The notes under the pieces are model-generated. The model made no database searches and had not been told where the DNA came from. It saw only the letters and a list, made by a program, of their open reading frames with translations. Source: Girardia tigrina (Eukaryota). Taken from it: a stretch of DNA of 64,000 bases. The stretch spans positions 94,178-158,177 of the forward strand of contig MQRK01228891.1 of NCBI GenBank assembly GCA_001938485.1. The letters run 5' to 3'. A program made the position numbers and the translations under genes. Shown piece by piece: positions 26,101 to 40,514 of the stretch. Numbering within the stretch: position 1 is the first letter of the stretch; the number at the start of each line of letters is the position of its first letter.

Positions 26101-29100
26101 ATTCTGTCAAATCTGCCGGATCGTTGAATATCCAGAGCAATGCGCTCTCTCATCAGTTGCTTTTTTACGGCCGCTGATTCTGTGATCTTCTGAGGCGGTC
26201 TCAGAGTTTAGAACTCTTTGAACCTCAGTTACACCCTTCCGTGAATTGTACTCATAGAATACTATGCGTCTTTTGGCTAGAATCACTCTTGCCCCAGTCA
26301 GTCCAATTGTCATGTCCTTATTTGGAATCCTATCGAGTTTGGTATTCTTGAGAGCTATCCTCGTGCAGCATTTATGAAAGGCTTGTAATCGTGCAAAGTC
26401 CTTCTCAAGCATTGCCCAGTACTCACTACCATAATAGACCACAGGGAAAATACTAGTCTCAATCAGTTTTCTCTTCAATATTATTGAGACACGGTTACTC
26501 TGAATTGCAGGTTGCAATTCTTTAAGGTTCCGCATTCTATTTCGTATTCATTGACTAATATCCCGGTTGCAGCTACTACTAGTAGTCAATATACTTCCGA
26601 GATAACAGAATTCTTTCACCCATTCTATGACCTTCTCACCATTTGACTTGCGATATTCCAAAGCCTGATTCGTCAGTAAGGTACATGACTTTTGTCTTAG
26701 TAGCACTTATTGTCAGTCCAAACTCCAGAAATGTCCTTCTTAGTATATCCAGGTTTTTACAGGCTCGATCAATATCAGAGTCAATGATACAGATGTCATC
26801 TACATATGCAAGTATGTTCACTTGAAATTCAGTGCTATGCTCATCGATCAGGGCGACTACTTCCCCGAATCCTTTCAGTATAGCCGTTTCGATCACTTCA
26901 TCGAAGACGAAGTTGAATAAACTAGGTCCCAACACACATCCCGGCCTAATACATCTTTCCTTGGGAAAATTACTGTTTCCTACAGTCGCAATAAAATTCT
27001 CATAAAATTCTTTGATAAGGCAGAATCTTGTCGGTTCAGCCGAATCTTTTCAGGCAAGCCCACAGAACTTCGCACGGATCTTGTCAAATGGCTTTTCTAA
27101 ATCAATGAAGATCACATATGCCTTCTGGTTCCTGTATCGATCTTCTTCCTGTATACGCCTGAGTATACTATTGGCCTGTAACGTGCCTCTTTTCGCCAAA
27201 AACCAAATTGTCAGGGATCTAGTTTTTCTTCCATCACCGGTAGGATTCTATTTACGATGATTCGCGCAAAAACCTTACCAGTAACTTCAAAGAGAAAGAT
27301 ACCCCTATATTGTTCGGGTCGGATCTTCTACCTTTTCCTTTGAATAATGTCACCACTTTAGTGCTCCTCCAAGCCGGTGGAAATTCCTGAACACCGTTCC
27401 ACATCAGTTCAAAATCAAGCTTCAGTTTGTCAGCGAGTGGTTGCCCACCCCACTTCAGAACTTCAGCCATCACTCCATTCGATCCGGGCGCCTTCCCATT
27501 ACTCAGCTGCGATATAGCAAGCTTTATTTCAGCCTCGTCAGGAGAGTCAACTTTAAAGCAGCATTCTCCAGGGTATCGAGTCATATCTGCCCACTGAACG
27601 AGCGGGCGAGCTCCGAGAAGCTTTTGATAGTGACTAGCCATGAGCTCAGTGGATACAGAAGGCACTGTGTGAACAGTGTGTGTACCTTTGTATCCGGATT
27701 CCCTAAGATTCGCAGTTCAAGACAGTCCGTTTCATTTTTCTTGAAACTACCGGCGTTTATGGACTTTCTAGCTTCCATTTCCTAATAGAATTTCTTACCT
27801 TGTTCCGCGTTGCTCTCCAGTGTTGGAGATTCTCAGGGGAAGGGTGCAATGTTCTTTTAAGCCTTTTATAATTTCTTTCATTGATGAGCTGACATATTTC
27901 AGTTTTATGTTCATGTAACCAATTTCCTTTTAGAGGGGCGGCTTTTACCTTCTGGTACCTGTCAGTAATGTTGTAATTACATTCTCAGTATTATTCCATC
28001 CGGATTAAGTATCAACAATGATACGTTGAAGTTGGACAGACAAATATTCTCGGCCCTTGATAACAAGATTTTTCTGAACGTTTTTAGGCAGTCCAGTTTT
28101 AGGTTTCCAAGCCATCCGTGCTGTTTTATATCTTTTCAGATACAAAACTACGCAATCGTGATCAGAGCCACAGTCATAAAGATGTTTGCATTGAACATCT
28201 TTAACTTTACCCATGTTGTCTGCATGCACTTGGAAGTAATCAAGAAGGTCCCTCTTCTTTGTCGCAGGATGGCTCCAGCTAGTGCTTTTCCGTTCATTGT
28301 GACAGAAGAAAGTGTTCACAACTTTCATACCTCAATCATCGGCCAGTAATACTAATCTTTCCCCATTGTCTGACGTGTTTTCACTGTGTGCAAACTTTCC
28401 GACACTGGATACTGGATCCTCTGCTTCATATCTTATGCGACAGTTGAAGTCTCCTCCCACAATCGTCATAAACCCCCACTGTCTGGCTTCGATCTCTGCT
28501 TTAATAATCACAGTGGTAAGAAGGTCATAGAAAGTGGTTTTCTCATCGTCACTGTATCCGCAATGGGTGGGTGAGTAAACAATCACGATAATTCCTTTGT
28601 AAGAACCAATCTTCACTTTAAAAAGTCTTTCCGAGAAGACTTCAAACTCGACATCAACTGTAGGCAGTCTGGTCAGTAGACCGACCCCTCTTTCCCTTTT
28701 CTGTCCCATTTGTGGCCCGCTGTTGTAAAGGGTCCACTTATCGTACTTTTTCGTCACGACGCCCCATTTATGTGTTTCTGTCAGGATAGCTACATCAGCA
28801 TTTAGTTTTTCAAAAGTGTTTATGACACTTAAAACTTTCTCATCATCGAATCCACGCAAATTCCATGTACAGACCTTTAATCCAAAAAAATAAAAACCCT
28901 TTGCACTCGTAATGAAGCTTTAAAACCCCTGCAAATAACTCTGAATCTTTTCATCTTCGATCAAGATGAATTATTTTAATAACAAAAGAAACCATACGAC
29001 CAGAAAAATATTTCCCATTTTCATATTTCAACATTTACTAAAACTAATTAATTAGGATTTTAAATCGCAAAACTAAGGCGATAACACATCTCCAAGTTCT

Positions 29101-32100
29101 CAACAATATCAAAATCAACGAAGACGACTTAATTCCTATTCAATCAAAATCCAATCCTCATTTTCAAAGTTCTTCTTTCCATTCCGCTCAATCTCTCAAT
29201 CAATCTCACCTAAAAATAGTCTAATTCATAACTTTCTGTAGTGTAGTAGAAGTCACTGATACACGTAGATCCTAAATCCAGACCTTACCGCTAGACGTTA
29301 CTAATTATCGAATAGTTACGTTACGCTTCTAATTGCTTATCTAACCTGTTATCTGTGATCGAACAAGAGATTTGTTTGACTCTTTCCGTTGGTGATGGTA
29401 TAACATTTTTGTTAATCCAATCTTAATATTTATATAATTAAAGGAAGTTCGGATATCACCTCAGAGATTTTCTAACCTACACTAACTTTATTTATTGATT
29501 AATTTCAAACAATATTACTTACGAAACTCTTCTAAAATATAATTCATCCAGCTGCCCTGCGACGTCCATATTATAAATTATTGTCCTTCTTTTGTATTTG
29601 TAAACAAATACGTACAAAGTTTATATGCAACTAACTAAAGAAATTTAAAAATTCCGATGATAAATATTTATAATTTTTTATAAATAAAAAAATACATAAA
29701 AAATATTTTTTCATAAATTTTGTAACAAACGATTAACATTTATTTTTCACATAAAATATGAGAAACCAACTCATGCTCTGGAAAGCTAGAAAACTGCCAA
29801 TGTAAAGTAATTAAACTTTAAAAATGTTAATTAATAAAAAAAAATAAATTTTTTTAAAGCTAAAATTTCACGAGAATTTCGTACTAGTTTATGAGAAAAC
29901 TGAAATTCAATAATTTTTTATTCAATTAATTACTTCAGTGTTCTTTCAATAAATAATTAAAATGATCTTCAGTTTGTCGTCGAACATTCTTTAAAATTCT
30001 AAAGAAACTCAGCTTAAATCTTGTAATTCGGTAATTAATAATTATTTCTTATTTTATGTCAGTTCTGTGTGTTTTGTTTTCGAATTTTACATTTTTTATT
30101 AATAATTTCTAATTTTATCTTATTATTTGTATAATAATTGTATATTTAACTTAATTTCGCTATTTTAATCTATTTTTGGCTTATATCGTAAGTATGAGTC
30201 TTTATTTGTAATTTTTAGCATATTTTCTCATATGGAAAAAAGACTCTATTGTATTATGTATGTCTGTATATGTATTTCGAAAGCATTTTATTGTATTATA
30301 ATTTGTTATTGATATTTACACGGACACTCTTCTCTTTGAACTTTCGAAAATCAATCGTTTCATTATTCTCATGATCAGAATCTTATTTCAGTTTAAAGGA
30401 CAAATCGCTGATATATTTTGCTTGCTTTGATTGTACACTTATGTAAATATGTATAAAAAGACTTAATTAAAATAAAAAAATATTAAAAAAATAATTGAAA
30501 TTATTATTAAAATTGATTTAGAATTCAAATCTGAACAAAGACTTATTTTTTCGGGTTTAATATGTTCCTTTGCCGAATCGCCGTGCTTATGTACCGAGCA
30601 ATAATATTTTTTTTATTTTTTTTAATTTGTTTTGCGAATAATACATTTTTCAACTCGAGTGGCAAATGTTACCAAGGGTTCTGTGTATATAAATTCTTAT
30701 TCTTTTGTATCTTCTTTTTTTATTATTTCAAACCTTTTGTACCGATCTTTCTAGTTCTCTTTGGAATGCCGTACTTTAATCGGCAGTTACCATCATGGTT
30801 GTGAGGAATATTTTGTATGTTTGATGTTTTGTGTTTGAATGTGTATGTTGATTTGGAATTGTGTCTCTCCTACCAAGATGGATGATTTATATTTGAATTT
30901 TTATTATCTAAAAATATGTTATGTTTAAATTTATTTTTAATTTCAAATAATTTTAAATTTTTAAATAAGTTAATTAGTTTTTACAATTTTTAATAAATAA
31001 ATCAAATTAATATTTTTTAAATAATTAATAACCATTTTAATTATTATCCAATAAGTTTGGAGTAAATATTTTATTAAAATATTTATTTCTCCATTTGCAA
31101 AAAAATAATAAGAATTAATTCATTAATTAATTTAGTTTAGAATGCAAAAGTAAGAAAACTTTGACAAAGATTGTCTTAAGGACAATCAAAATTGTTTAAA
31201 TAAAAATATGAAAAGTGAAATTGGTGTTCTTAATAATGGTGAAAGAGTCGGTGTTGACGTTTGAAACGATAGGGAGAATTTATTTAAATAATATAAATTA
31301 AATTACAAAAATAAAAAAGCAATAAATGTGATATCTCGGGAGTCATTTTATAAGGATAAATTTCTAATTTAAATTTACTTATTTTCTGATCAAATCCTTA
31401 TTGCTATAACTAAACCGGCGAATCCAATTCATTCATAAAACCGTTAATACTTTATTCAACTAATTCTAGTGTGATACAAATTTTACCTGCGACTGTATCG
31501 TAATATCCACTTTATAATTTAGTATAAAGTAACTTATTCACTTTAATTTGTTGACCTACATAATAACAATTTTCTGTTATTTGGGATTTTTCTAGAGGCC
31601 TTCTTTTTCTCCTCCCGTTATAATATTCTTATAAGTTATATATTTTTATCACAAAAGTCCGTATTCTTTATTCATTATTGTTATAGAAAGAAAATATTTT
31701 AACGTAGATTTAAACACCTAAATATTCGTTCTTTTTATAGCAATAAACTGTGATAAAAAATCAATCTGTTGAAGTCATTTAAGTATTCCTCAGGATGAGT
31801 TATCCTAAAGAATACCGTGGATATATATATATATATATATATATATGTATACATGGAATTTAGAAACCTATTTTTTGAAGGTTTTTTAATCAATCAATTT
31901 TCTTCAAACTTTGATCACTTACTCATTCTCGATGGCAATAAATGAAAAAATTGAAATAAAAGACTTTAAGGTCTCAAAATCTGGGAAAAACGGTTCCATC
32001 GGAGTTCCTGAACAATATTTATTGAAAAGGATGTACTTATAAATTATAAGTAGTTTATATTACGCAACAAAATAAATTGAAACATTTTATAATTGATTTC

Positions 32101-35100
32101 TATATATCTAAACATATTATATGATAGATAAATATATATTGCAATTATTTAGAACTGTCGAATGAACCAAACCAAACACCCGTCAATCCGATCAACTATA
32201 ATATGGGAAACGCAATTCAACAGATTATCCGTCAGTTTTATCAAAATGCATCATTAAATACAGATAATATTGCTCTTAATGGAGCCACTACAACAGATTC
32301 TAGTTTTACCAACCTACCTTTGATTTCCTCTCGATCTGGCCTGGATAATATAAAAACATCCATGAACAGTTTTAGTCAACAAGTCACAGAGATCATTGGT
32401 AATACTACCATACCCTTTAACAACCTTGCGAACCGTACAAATCACTCATTCATATTGTGTAATAATCTAACTAATAACTCCATCCTCAATACTCGCCGAG
32501 ATCCTGTGGTTGTGTCGATGAGTACAACGCCAAAAGACACTATTTCCTCAAATATTAATGATATAAATAATGATACAAATAATATTATTGATGAAATAGA
32601 ATCAAATGGCATTCATGAAGATGAGGATATTGATCCTGCGGAATTGGATCCGACTGAAGTTGCGACACGAATCAGAGATATTCTGAGTTTGCATAGTATT
32701 GGACAACGACTTTTTGCCAAACATGTTTTAAATTTAAGTCAGGGTACTGTAAGTGAACTTTTATCTAAACCAAAACCCTGGTCAAAGCTTTCGGAAAAAG
32801 GAAGAGATAGTTATAGGAAAATGAATCAATGGGCACAAGATTCTGCCAGAGTTCAAGAACTAAAGTCCATTGCACCCCGCAAAGGTATTCAAATTTTGTG
32901 ATTTAATTAAAATCAACTTGCCTAAAACGCGGGGAAAAATTTATTGACCGACTAAATAAAATAAAATCTTTTCTAAATGTGTTACTATAAAGAAATTAAT
33001 TTATTGTAATTCCAAATTTAAACGAATCGGTCAGCAAATTTTAACTGCGTTATAGGACAAACTGTATAAAAATGTATATAAAGTATATAACAGAAATCAT
33101 AATTGTATCAGTGGTTTTTTATTATTGTAAAAATAAATGTTTCTTTACAATAAGAATTGCTGCGTATTGTTTCATTAAAATGGGTTTAACTTTTAAAAAT
33201 GATTAAATTTGACAAAACTACCTTATTATTGTATATTTGATCTGTTCTAAGCCTATATGAAGCAATATAAATGTGTATGATTTACATAAAAAATCATATT
33301 TATATATAATTATCACCCAAATTCCTAAATTGAGTTCACACAATTTACAAGTCTTGAGGATTTATCCTTTCTTTGTAACTGACTTTTGTCCAGCAATGTT
33401 ACTTCCACCTTCATTGCGAGTGTGTTCCTGGATTCTCTTACAGAGATGACACGAAGTCTCTCCAATGTTTGTGGCGTTACACCCATTACATATGTATTGG
33501 TAAAAAAGACCGAGATTTATTTCTGGTGTTAAATTTCTTTGGTGCTGAATATTATTTTTAATTTTATTTTATTACTTACTACCTTTTAAATATTTTATAT
33601 CCATTTGAATAAGGTATCGGCTGAACACATCATATTTAGGAAATGATCTATTATTAGTGTTGCAAGATTAATCTTATTCATGAAGATCTGTAAATTTATT
33701 ATTATTTTGACAATTATTGTGAAATTACATCCTTTATTACAACTTATTAGATCCTTTAAATAATGATTAAAGGAACAAAAAAATAAGGTCTTTAATCATA
33801 TTTCGACGATATTTAGATTAACAGGAACTGCTCGGTGTTGTTTTATTTCTGTAAATTTCTGACCGGCAAATAAATCGATTTTATCTTCAATACTCGAAAG
33901 AAATATTGCAGTCAAAGGGTGAGTCCATAAATTCTCCATCAACTTGTTTCTAAGAGTAATTATTGAACAACAATATATTTTTTATTTGAAATTTATAAAA
34001 GGCCATGAGAAGTAGAACAGATTATTCGTAAATTATTATGCATTTCTTACAGAGAATATTTCTTACCTACAAAACTATAACTGAAATAATAACAAATTAT
34101 TTTTTAATAAAGATATCTTAACATAGTCGATAAATCACTTGTCGAAAAACGCAGTAGAAGAATGTGAAAAATATGTTATTTTTTGGAATTCTAGTTGTGC
34201 AGGCTCTACAGGAATTTCCAATCTTTCTAAAAGAATAAGAATTATTGTAAATATTTCTTTAAATTCTTTATTAACAATATGATTTTTTTTCAATAATTAT
34301 TGATATTATACTGTTAATAAGTTTCGATGCATTAGAAATATCTAAGTATTTATTTCGCGATGGCAAGAATATGAATGAAACTGAAACCTGGCAACGTACA
34401 GAAATCAATAATTATTATTTTATGCATTAAAAAGTTTTAATTTTGATTAAGATGAACTTTTAATCCAATCTTTTTTATACGGAAGGACTGCAAGCATCTA
34501 TATTAGATTTTTATTTACAGTGTTTTAAATTTTGTAATTCTAAAATACTTTAGGAACTAATTACAAACGACTTAAAATAAATAAATAATTTTGTTAATGT
34601 TTTTTGAAAATTACAGCTGAAAAAATGAGTTTAATCTTTTCCAATTCAATGTCTCAAGAAAAGAACATTTTCTGTTAAGAAAATTGAGACAATTTTCATT
34701 ACAATCACATTTAGAGTCATTATGACTCTCTGAAGGTCGCTCGCCGTTTAACATTGCTCTAATTGGTTTTTTTACTTCTATTTTTAATCATGATTATTCG
34801 AACAAAATTTCTAAATCTTTTTAAAATATTTAATTTAAATGAATATTTATTATAATTAATAATTTTAAACATTTATTTGTAAAAACACAAAATAATAAAA
34901 ATGTTATCAAATTGTGAAAAATTCCTTTAAATTTAAATTTTATTAGTTTTATTTATATCTATTTAAATGCTTTTCTCTTTTTTTTAAAAAAATATTAAAC
35001 TTGATTTTAATTGTTAATTTAAAAAATTTTAACTTATCAAATGATTATTTTAATTATGTTCGAATAGCCAATCTGTAAATACGAAAAATACCACTTTCCA

Positions 35101-37414
35101 TCTGGGTGGGAGAATCACCATTCTAAATTCAACATACTTAAATCAACATACCGCATCACTACATTTACACAATCAAACAATTTAAAAAAATCCTCACAAT
35201 TTTTATGTCTAGTTTTATGGTAATTTTATGTTTGTTGAAACTTCCTAATTGAAGTAAAGGATTGACTTTTAATACTGATTATTTTTCGCAATTTGATAAC
35301 ATTTTTATTATTTTGAGTTTTTACAAAGAAATTATTAACATTAATAATTGTAATAAATATTCATTTAAATTAAATATTTTAAAAAGATTTAGAAATTTTG
35401 TTCTAATAATCATGATTAAAAATACTAATCAGGTTTGAATTAATTAATAAAATTAAAAACCTAATAAAATCAAGGAATTTTTTATTAAAAAATATAAATT
35501 ATAACTTTTGTATTTAAAACTAATAAAAATTAACATGTTGGTAAAAAATTGTTGTTTCAATTTTTACAGTATATTTATTAATTTTATATAGCTATGATTT
35601 TGTTAAATAGTTAAGAAAAAAATATTTTTTATGTTTTTAGAGTGAATTTTGGGTTTTCAAAATACTAAACGTTTTTTACTTATATATACTTGTAGATTTT
35701 TTAATTTATAATTAATATTTTAAGTGTTTTAAATTATTTATTTATAAATACCGACGATTTTTCGTGTTCGATAAAAATTTGATTAAAAATCTGTTCTATC
35801 AATGGACGATCTACCTGAGGATGTTCTGTTAAGAACGAAACATGTCTTGAATTGGGAAATAATAAATGGTTACGCAACCATATTAAAAATGAACAAAAAG
35901 AGGGGGGCATTAAAATAAGATAAGTTTTATCATTAATCTTGAATGTGTTTTGATAATATTTTCATAGAATTTATTAAAATTCTGTTATACAATGAAATAT
36001 TTATACTATTTATATAGAAAAGTAAAGTCAGAACGAATTCCAAATTTTGTTCAAGGTTTTATATTACAAATATTAAATTTCGATATTAAAATTAATTAAA
36101 ATACATAAATATTTTAGAAATTTTTTTACAATTATTCATTTTGTTTTTATTGTTAACAGAAATACTCTAAAAATATTTTTATTATATTAATAACATCAAA
36201 ATAATAACAAATTTGTGGAAAAATATATTCTTAAAATAAAGAAACAGAATAAATGAAAGCATTTATTGCAAATGACACAAAACGGAAATCTCAACACATG
36301 AAAAGAGATGAGAGAAGAACCACTCCACGTAAAATATAAATTCTTCTTAGGTAAATATAAAATTGAAAATTTTCAATTTTTTTCACAAAATTAAAAAAAG
36401 TATCGTATCTCCTTTTTGAGACTTAAAATGACTTACGATTTTAACTCCAATATATTATTGTCACAAGCTATACGTTTCGAGCATATTTGCTTATTGAAGC
36501 CTTAATAACTACTGCTATCTATCATATATGGTAAGCTTCGCTAGGCTTATCTAAAGATATCTCTACCGTCAAAGATCATAACTGATATTGATCATAAAGC
36601 AATTAAAAATGTAGCCCAACCAGGAACTTCAAGCTAAAATAACCGAATGAAGGTTTTTCTATTTGTACCTGTTATCGAAAGAACTCATTTATTAACAAAA
36701 AGGTTGTGATTGAAAAATTTTCAAGTAAAATCGGTAAAGTAAAGGTATATGGTCTCCCAAAACGTTTACATAATAATAAGATGCTTAAAGACAAATCATT
36801 CTAGAGAAAGAATCAAAAGGTCAACAAAAGAATCTGTCGAATTATCGAACCATAGTGATAATAGGTAATTGGAATGAAAATAATCATTCTTTAGATTTAT
36901 ATGAAATTTAAAAGAAGTTGTCGAAAAGCAAAAGTTATTTTTATCAGAATAATCGTAGAAAAAATTCTAATGCTCTATACAAAACCACAACATCGAATAT
37001 ATTAGTTACAGTGGTTTTGTGAGGAATATTTTCGAATGGTGTTTATTGTATATTGTTTGGTATGTTGTTTTAGGATTGTGTTTCTACCACCCAGATGGAA
37101 GATTGGTATTTTAAATATTTTAAAAGGTCTGATTATTTAATCAATTTAAAAAATTAAATAAACAACTTTAAAATTAAATTAACTTATCATAAATAATATA
37201 TATCTAAAATATTATTTTAAATAATTAAAATAATTTTGTAATCGAATTGTAAATTAAACTGTCATTTAAATTTGTTTGAATAATAAGACGTTTGCAAATA
37301 GAATTAATTTTATCAATCAATAAGGATGACTAGTTACAAGAGTTTGGTGAGAATTGTCCTAGTAGCAATTCAAGTTGTGATATCAATAATTGTACAGAAA
37401 ATTCAATAAGTGTT

Positions 37415-37455
<41 letters not shown>

Positions 37456-40400
37456 NNNNNNNNNNNNNNNNNNNNNNNNNNNNNNNNNNNNNNNNNNNNN
37501 NNNNNNNNATACTGCGATGTAATGTAAAACTTTTTGAATATGATATAAATGTATTACGACATGGTTTTTTACGCAGTACAACTTAAAGACATGAAAAGAA
37601 AAAGGTTTTACAATAATTGTTCAAAATATTCACCATTTTTCTGCAAACACAGATTGCATCGCTTCACAAAATTCGTGTAGCATTTTCGAATGATACGGTG
37701 ATCGATGTCTGACAGCACCCTTGAAATGGCGCCTTGTAGTTCGTCGAGGTTCAGATAGTTATTTTCGATGGCGGTTTTGTTGACAAATTCCCCGTTTCTT
37801 CAAATTTCTTCTTCCAATGCTGAACCGTTGTTCTCGGTGGCGGTTCACGTTTGAAACGCTCTTTAAAAATTTGACACGCTTTTGTGCAGCTTTCATAAAC
37901 GATTGCATGACTAGTGATGAAAACTTTATCTTTAATAGAAAATTCGATATTTCCACTTGCTTCAGCCATTGTACTGGCAGTTGGTGCATTTGAATCATTT
38001 GTTCATCATCTGCGTAGCATTAACACAACAAATAGTCAATGTTACAGCAGCCATCCACCAAAAAGTCCAAGAAGATAAAAGCTGAAAACCGACTGTTCAA
38101 TCCAGATTGTGAGGTGGATTTCTATATCATAAAGACTGGCAACTCAATGATGTGTCTAAGATGCAAGCAACAAATAACAACTTTGAAACGCTCAAATGCC
38201 CAGCAACATTATGACTGTTATAAGTCGCATGCGAAATATATGGCCTTTCAGGGTGAGGCAAGTGTGAGGAATATTTTAAATTTGGTATGTTGAAATTGAT
38301 TTGTTGAATTTTGTATGTTGAGTTTAGTATTTGTAAATGTGTTTCTCCCACCCAGATGGAAAATTGATATTTTAGATGTTCACAATAAATAATTATTCGA
38401 GAATAATTTATATAATTTATATTTTAAAGTAAAACATAAGATATTTAAAAACATTAAAAATATTAAATCTTTTCAAATCTTCATATTAAAATTTAAATAA
38501 AATNNNNNNNNNNNNNNNNNNNNNNNNNNNNNNNNNNNNNNNNNNNNNNNNNNNNNNNNNNNNNNNNNNNNNNNNNNNNNNNNNNNNNNNNNNNNNNNNN
38601 NNNNNNNNNNNNNNNNNNNNNNNNNNNATTTTAAAAATAAAATCAGAAAATAATGAAAAATTTGTTCGAATAATTGTTTATTAACAAACATTAACAAAAA
38701 ATTATCAATTTAGAACGATGTCGAATGACGAGAGTTTTTCTGAGAGATGTCCAAAAGACAATTCTGATTGTAATGAAAATAAAAGTTTGAAAACCCATGT
38801 TGGTGTTCTTAATAGCAAGAAAGCAAGCATACGATACAATGAATTCCAATCACATAAAGGAATCAACAATGTTCTCTAAGTTCAAGTCCACTTCTCATAG
38901 TCCCGAGGTGGAGGCAACATTCAGAGTTGCCTTTCTACTAGGTGCTGCAGGGAAAGCATATGCTGATGTCGAGCTATTCAAAGTATGTTTGCTGGAAGTT
39001 ATACAATGTCTGGAGCCATCACACCTTAAAAAATACAAAGACATATCTCTCTCTCGAAGAATGTTTGTGAGGCGACAGGAACAGTTGGCTGCCAACGTCT
39101 TGCAACAACTGGATGAAATTTGTAAGCAACCTGATGTCTTATTCTCTGTGGCATTAGATGAATCGTGTGATGCCACTGATACGGCACAGTTGCTTCATTC
39201 GCACTTCAACAACATCTTTTTACATCCATGAAGAACTCCTATCTCTTGCTAGTTTACATTCTACAATACGTGCAGCTGACATCTTTGCAGCGTTCAACAA
39301 TGTATGTGTCGAAAAAGGAATTTAAAGCAAACTTGTTGGCATGTGCCCAAACTGTACACCTGCAATGGTAGGCATAACTGGCGGCTTTGTGAAACTTCTC
39401 AAAAATCAAATTCGTACGCAATACCCTGATTCTCACTGTCTGGCCGCCTTCTTTTCACTTCTCTGCATCATTCATCATCAGGCACTATGTGCCAAGTTGG
39501 CTACATTGGACAACACCATTGCCATTATTAATTTCATACTTGCTCGTGCCCGTAACCATCGTCAGTTCAGAGAGCTTCTTCATGATGATGAATCAACTGA
39601 AAAGGAAGACATTTTGTACCACACAAATGTTCGTTGCCTGTCTACAGGAAGAGTCGTAAAAAGAATCTTTGAGTTGCAAGACCAAATAAAAGAATTTTAC
39701 ACCTCAAAAAGTGTGGAATGTAAACATTCCTTTGAGATATTTTGGAATACTTGAATGGTCTCAACATACAGCTTCAGGGCAAAAATCAAACTATATGTGA
39801 CCTGTGGCGTTGTATCAAAGTGTTCATGTGAAAATTGAAGCTGTTTCATAGCAAGTTTGTGAGAAAGTTATTCCTTACTATTGAACACTTTCCACTTCTA
39901 CATGAATTGATTAAAAGACATCCTAATGCAGAAATTAAATGTGATGACATCTATGATGTGTTCACTTTACTTATTGCTGAGTTTGACACACGATACTCTG
40001 ACTTCCAATGACAAGAGGATAACTTGTACTTGGTATATGAGCCGCATTTACTCGAACCTGAGACTGTGGCGGAAATATATCAATTGGAGATTTTGGAGCT
40101 CAGTGAGGATGCCGTGTTTAGTCATATTTTAATGCAGTATACTGTGGATTTGGATAATATTTATTTCTATTTACGAAAACTGTTTAGAATTAAGTATTTG
40201 TTAACTCTTTAATTTGCAGAATTTCAAACTGACTTTAAAATTTAAAATTATCTGTTTTTTTTACTTTACAACTCTGGCAACAAAGTTTCTTATTTTATTT
40301 TTTTAGAATAACTTTTAAAATTAGTGCAACATAATTATCCTTGTCTTTATATATTTCTTTTAAATCAATTATTTACAAATCCATTATTAACAAATTAATT

Positions 40401-40467
40401 TCATTTTAAATTTTTACTCTACAATTAAAATTTGATTATTTTCGAAAATAACTTTTAAAATTAATTA

Positions 40468-40514
<47 letters not shown>

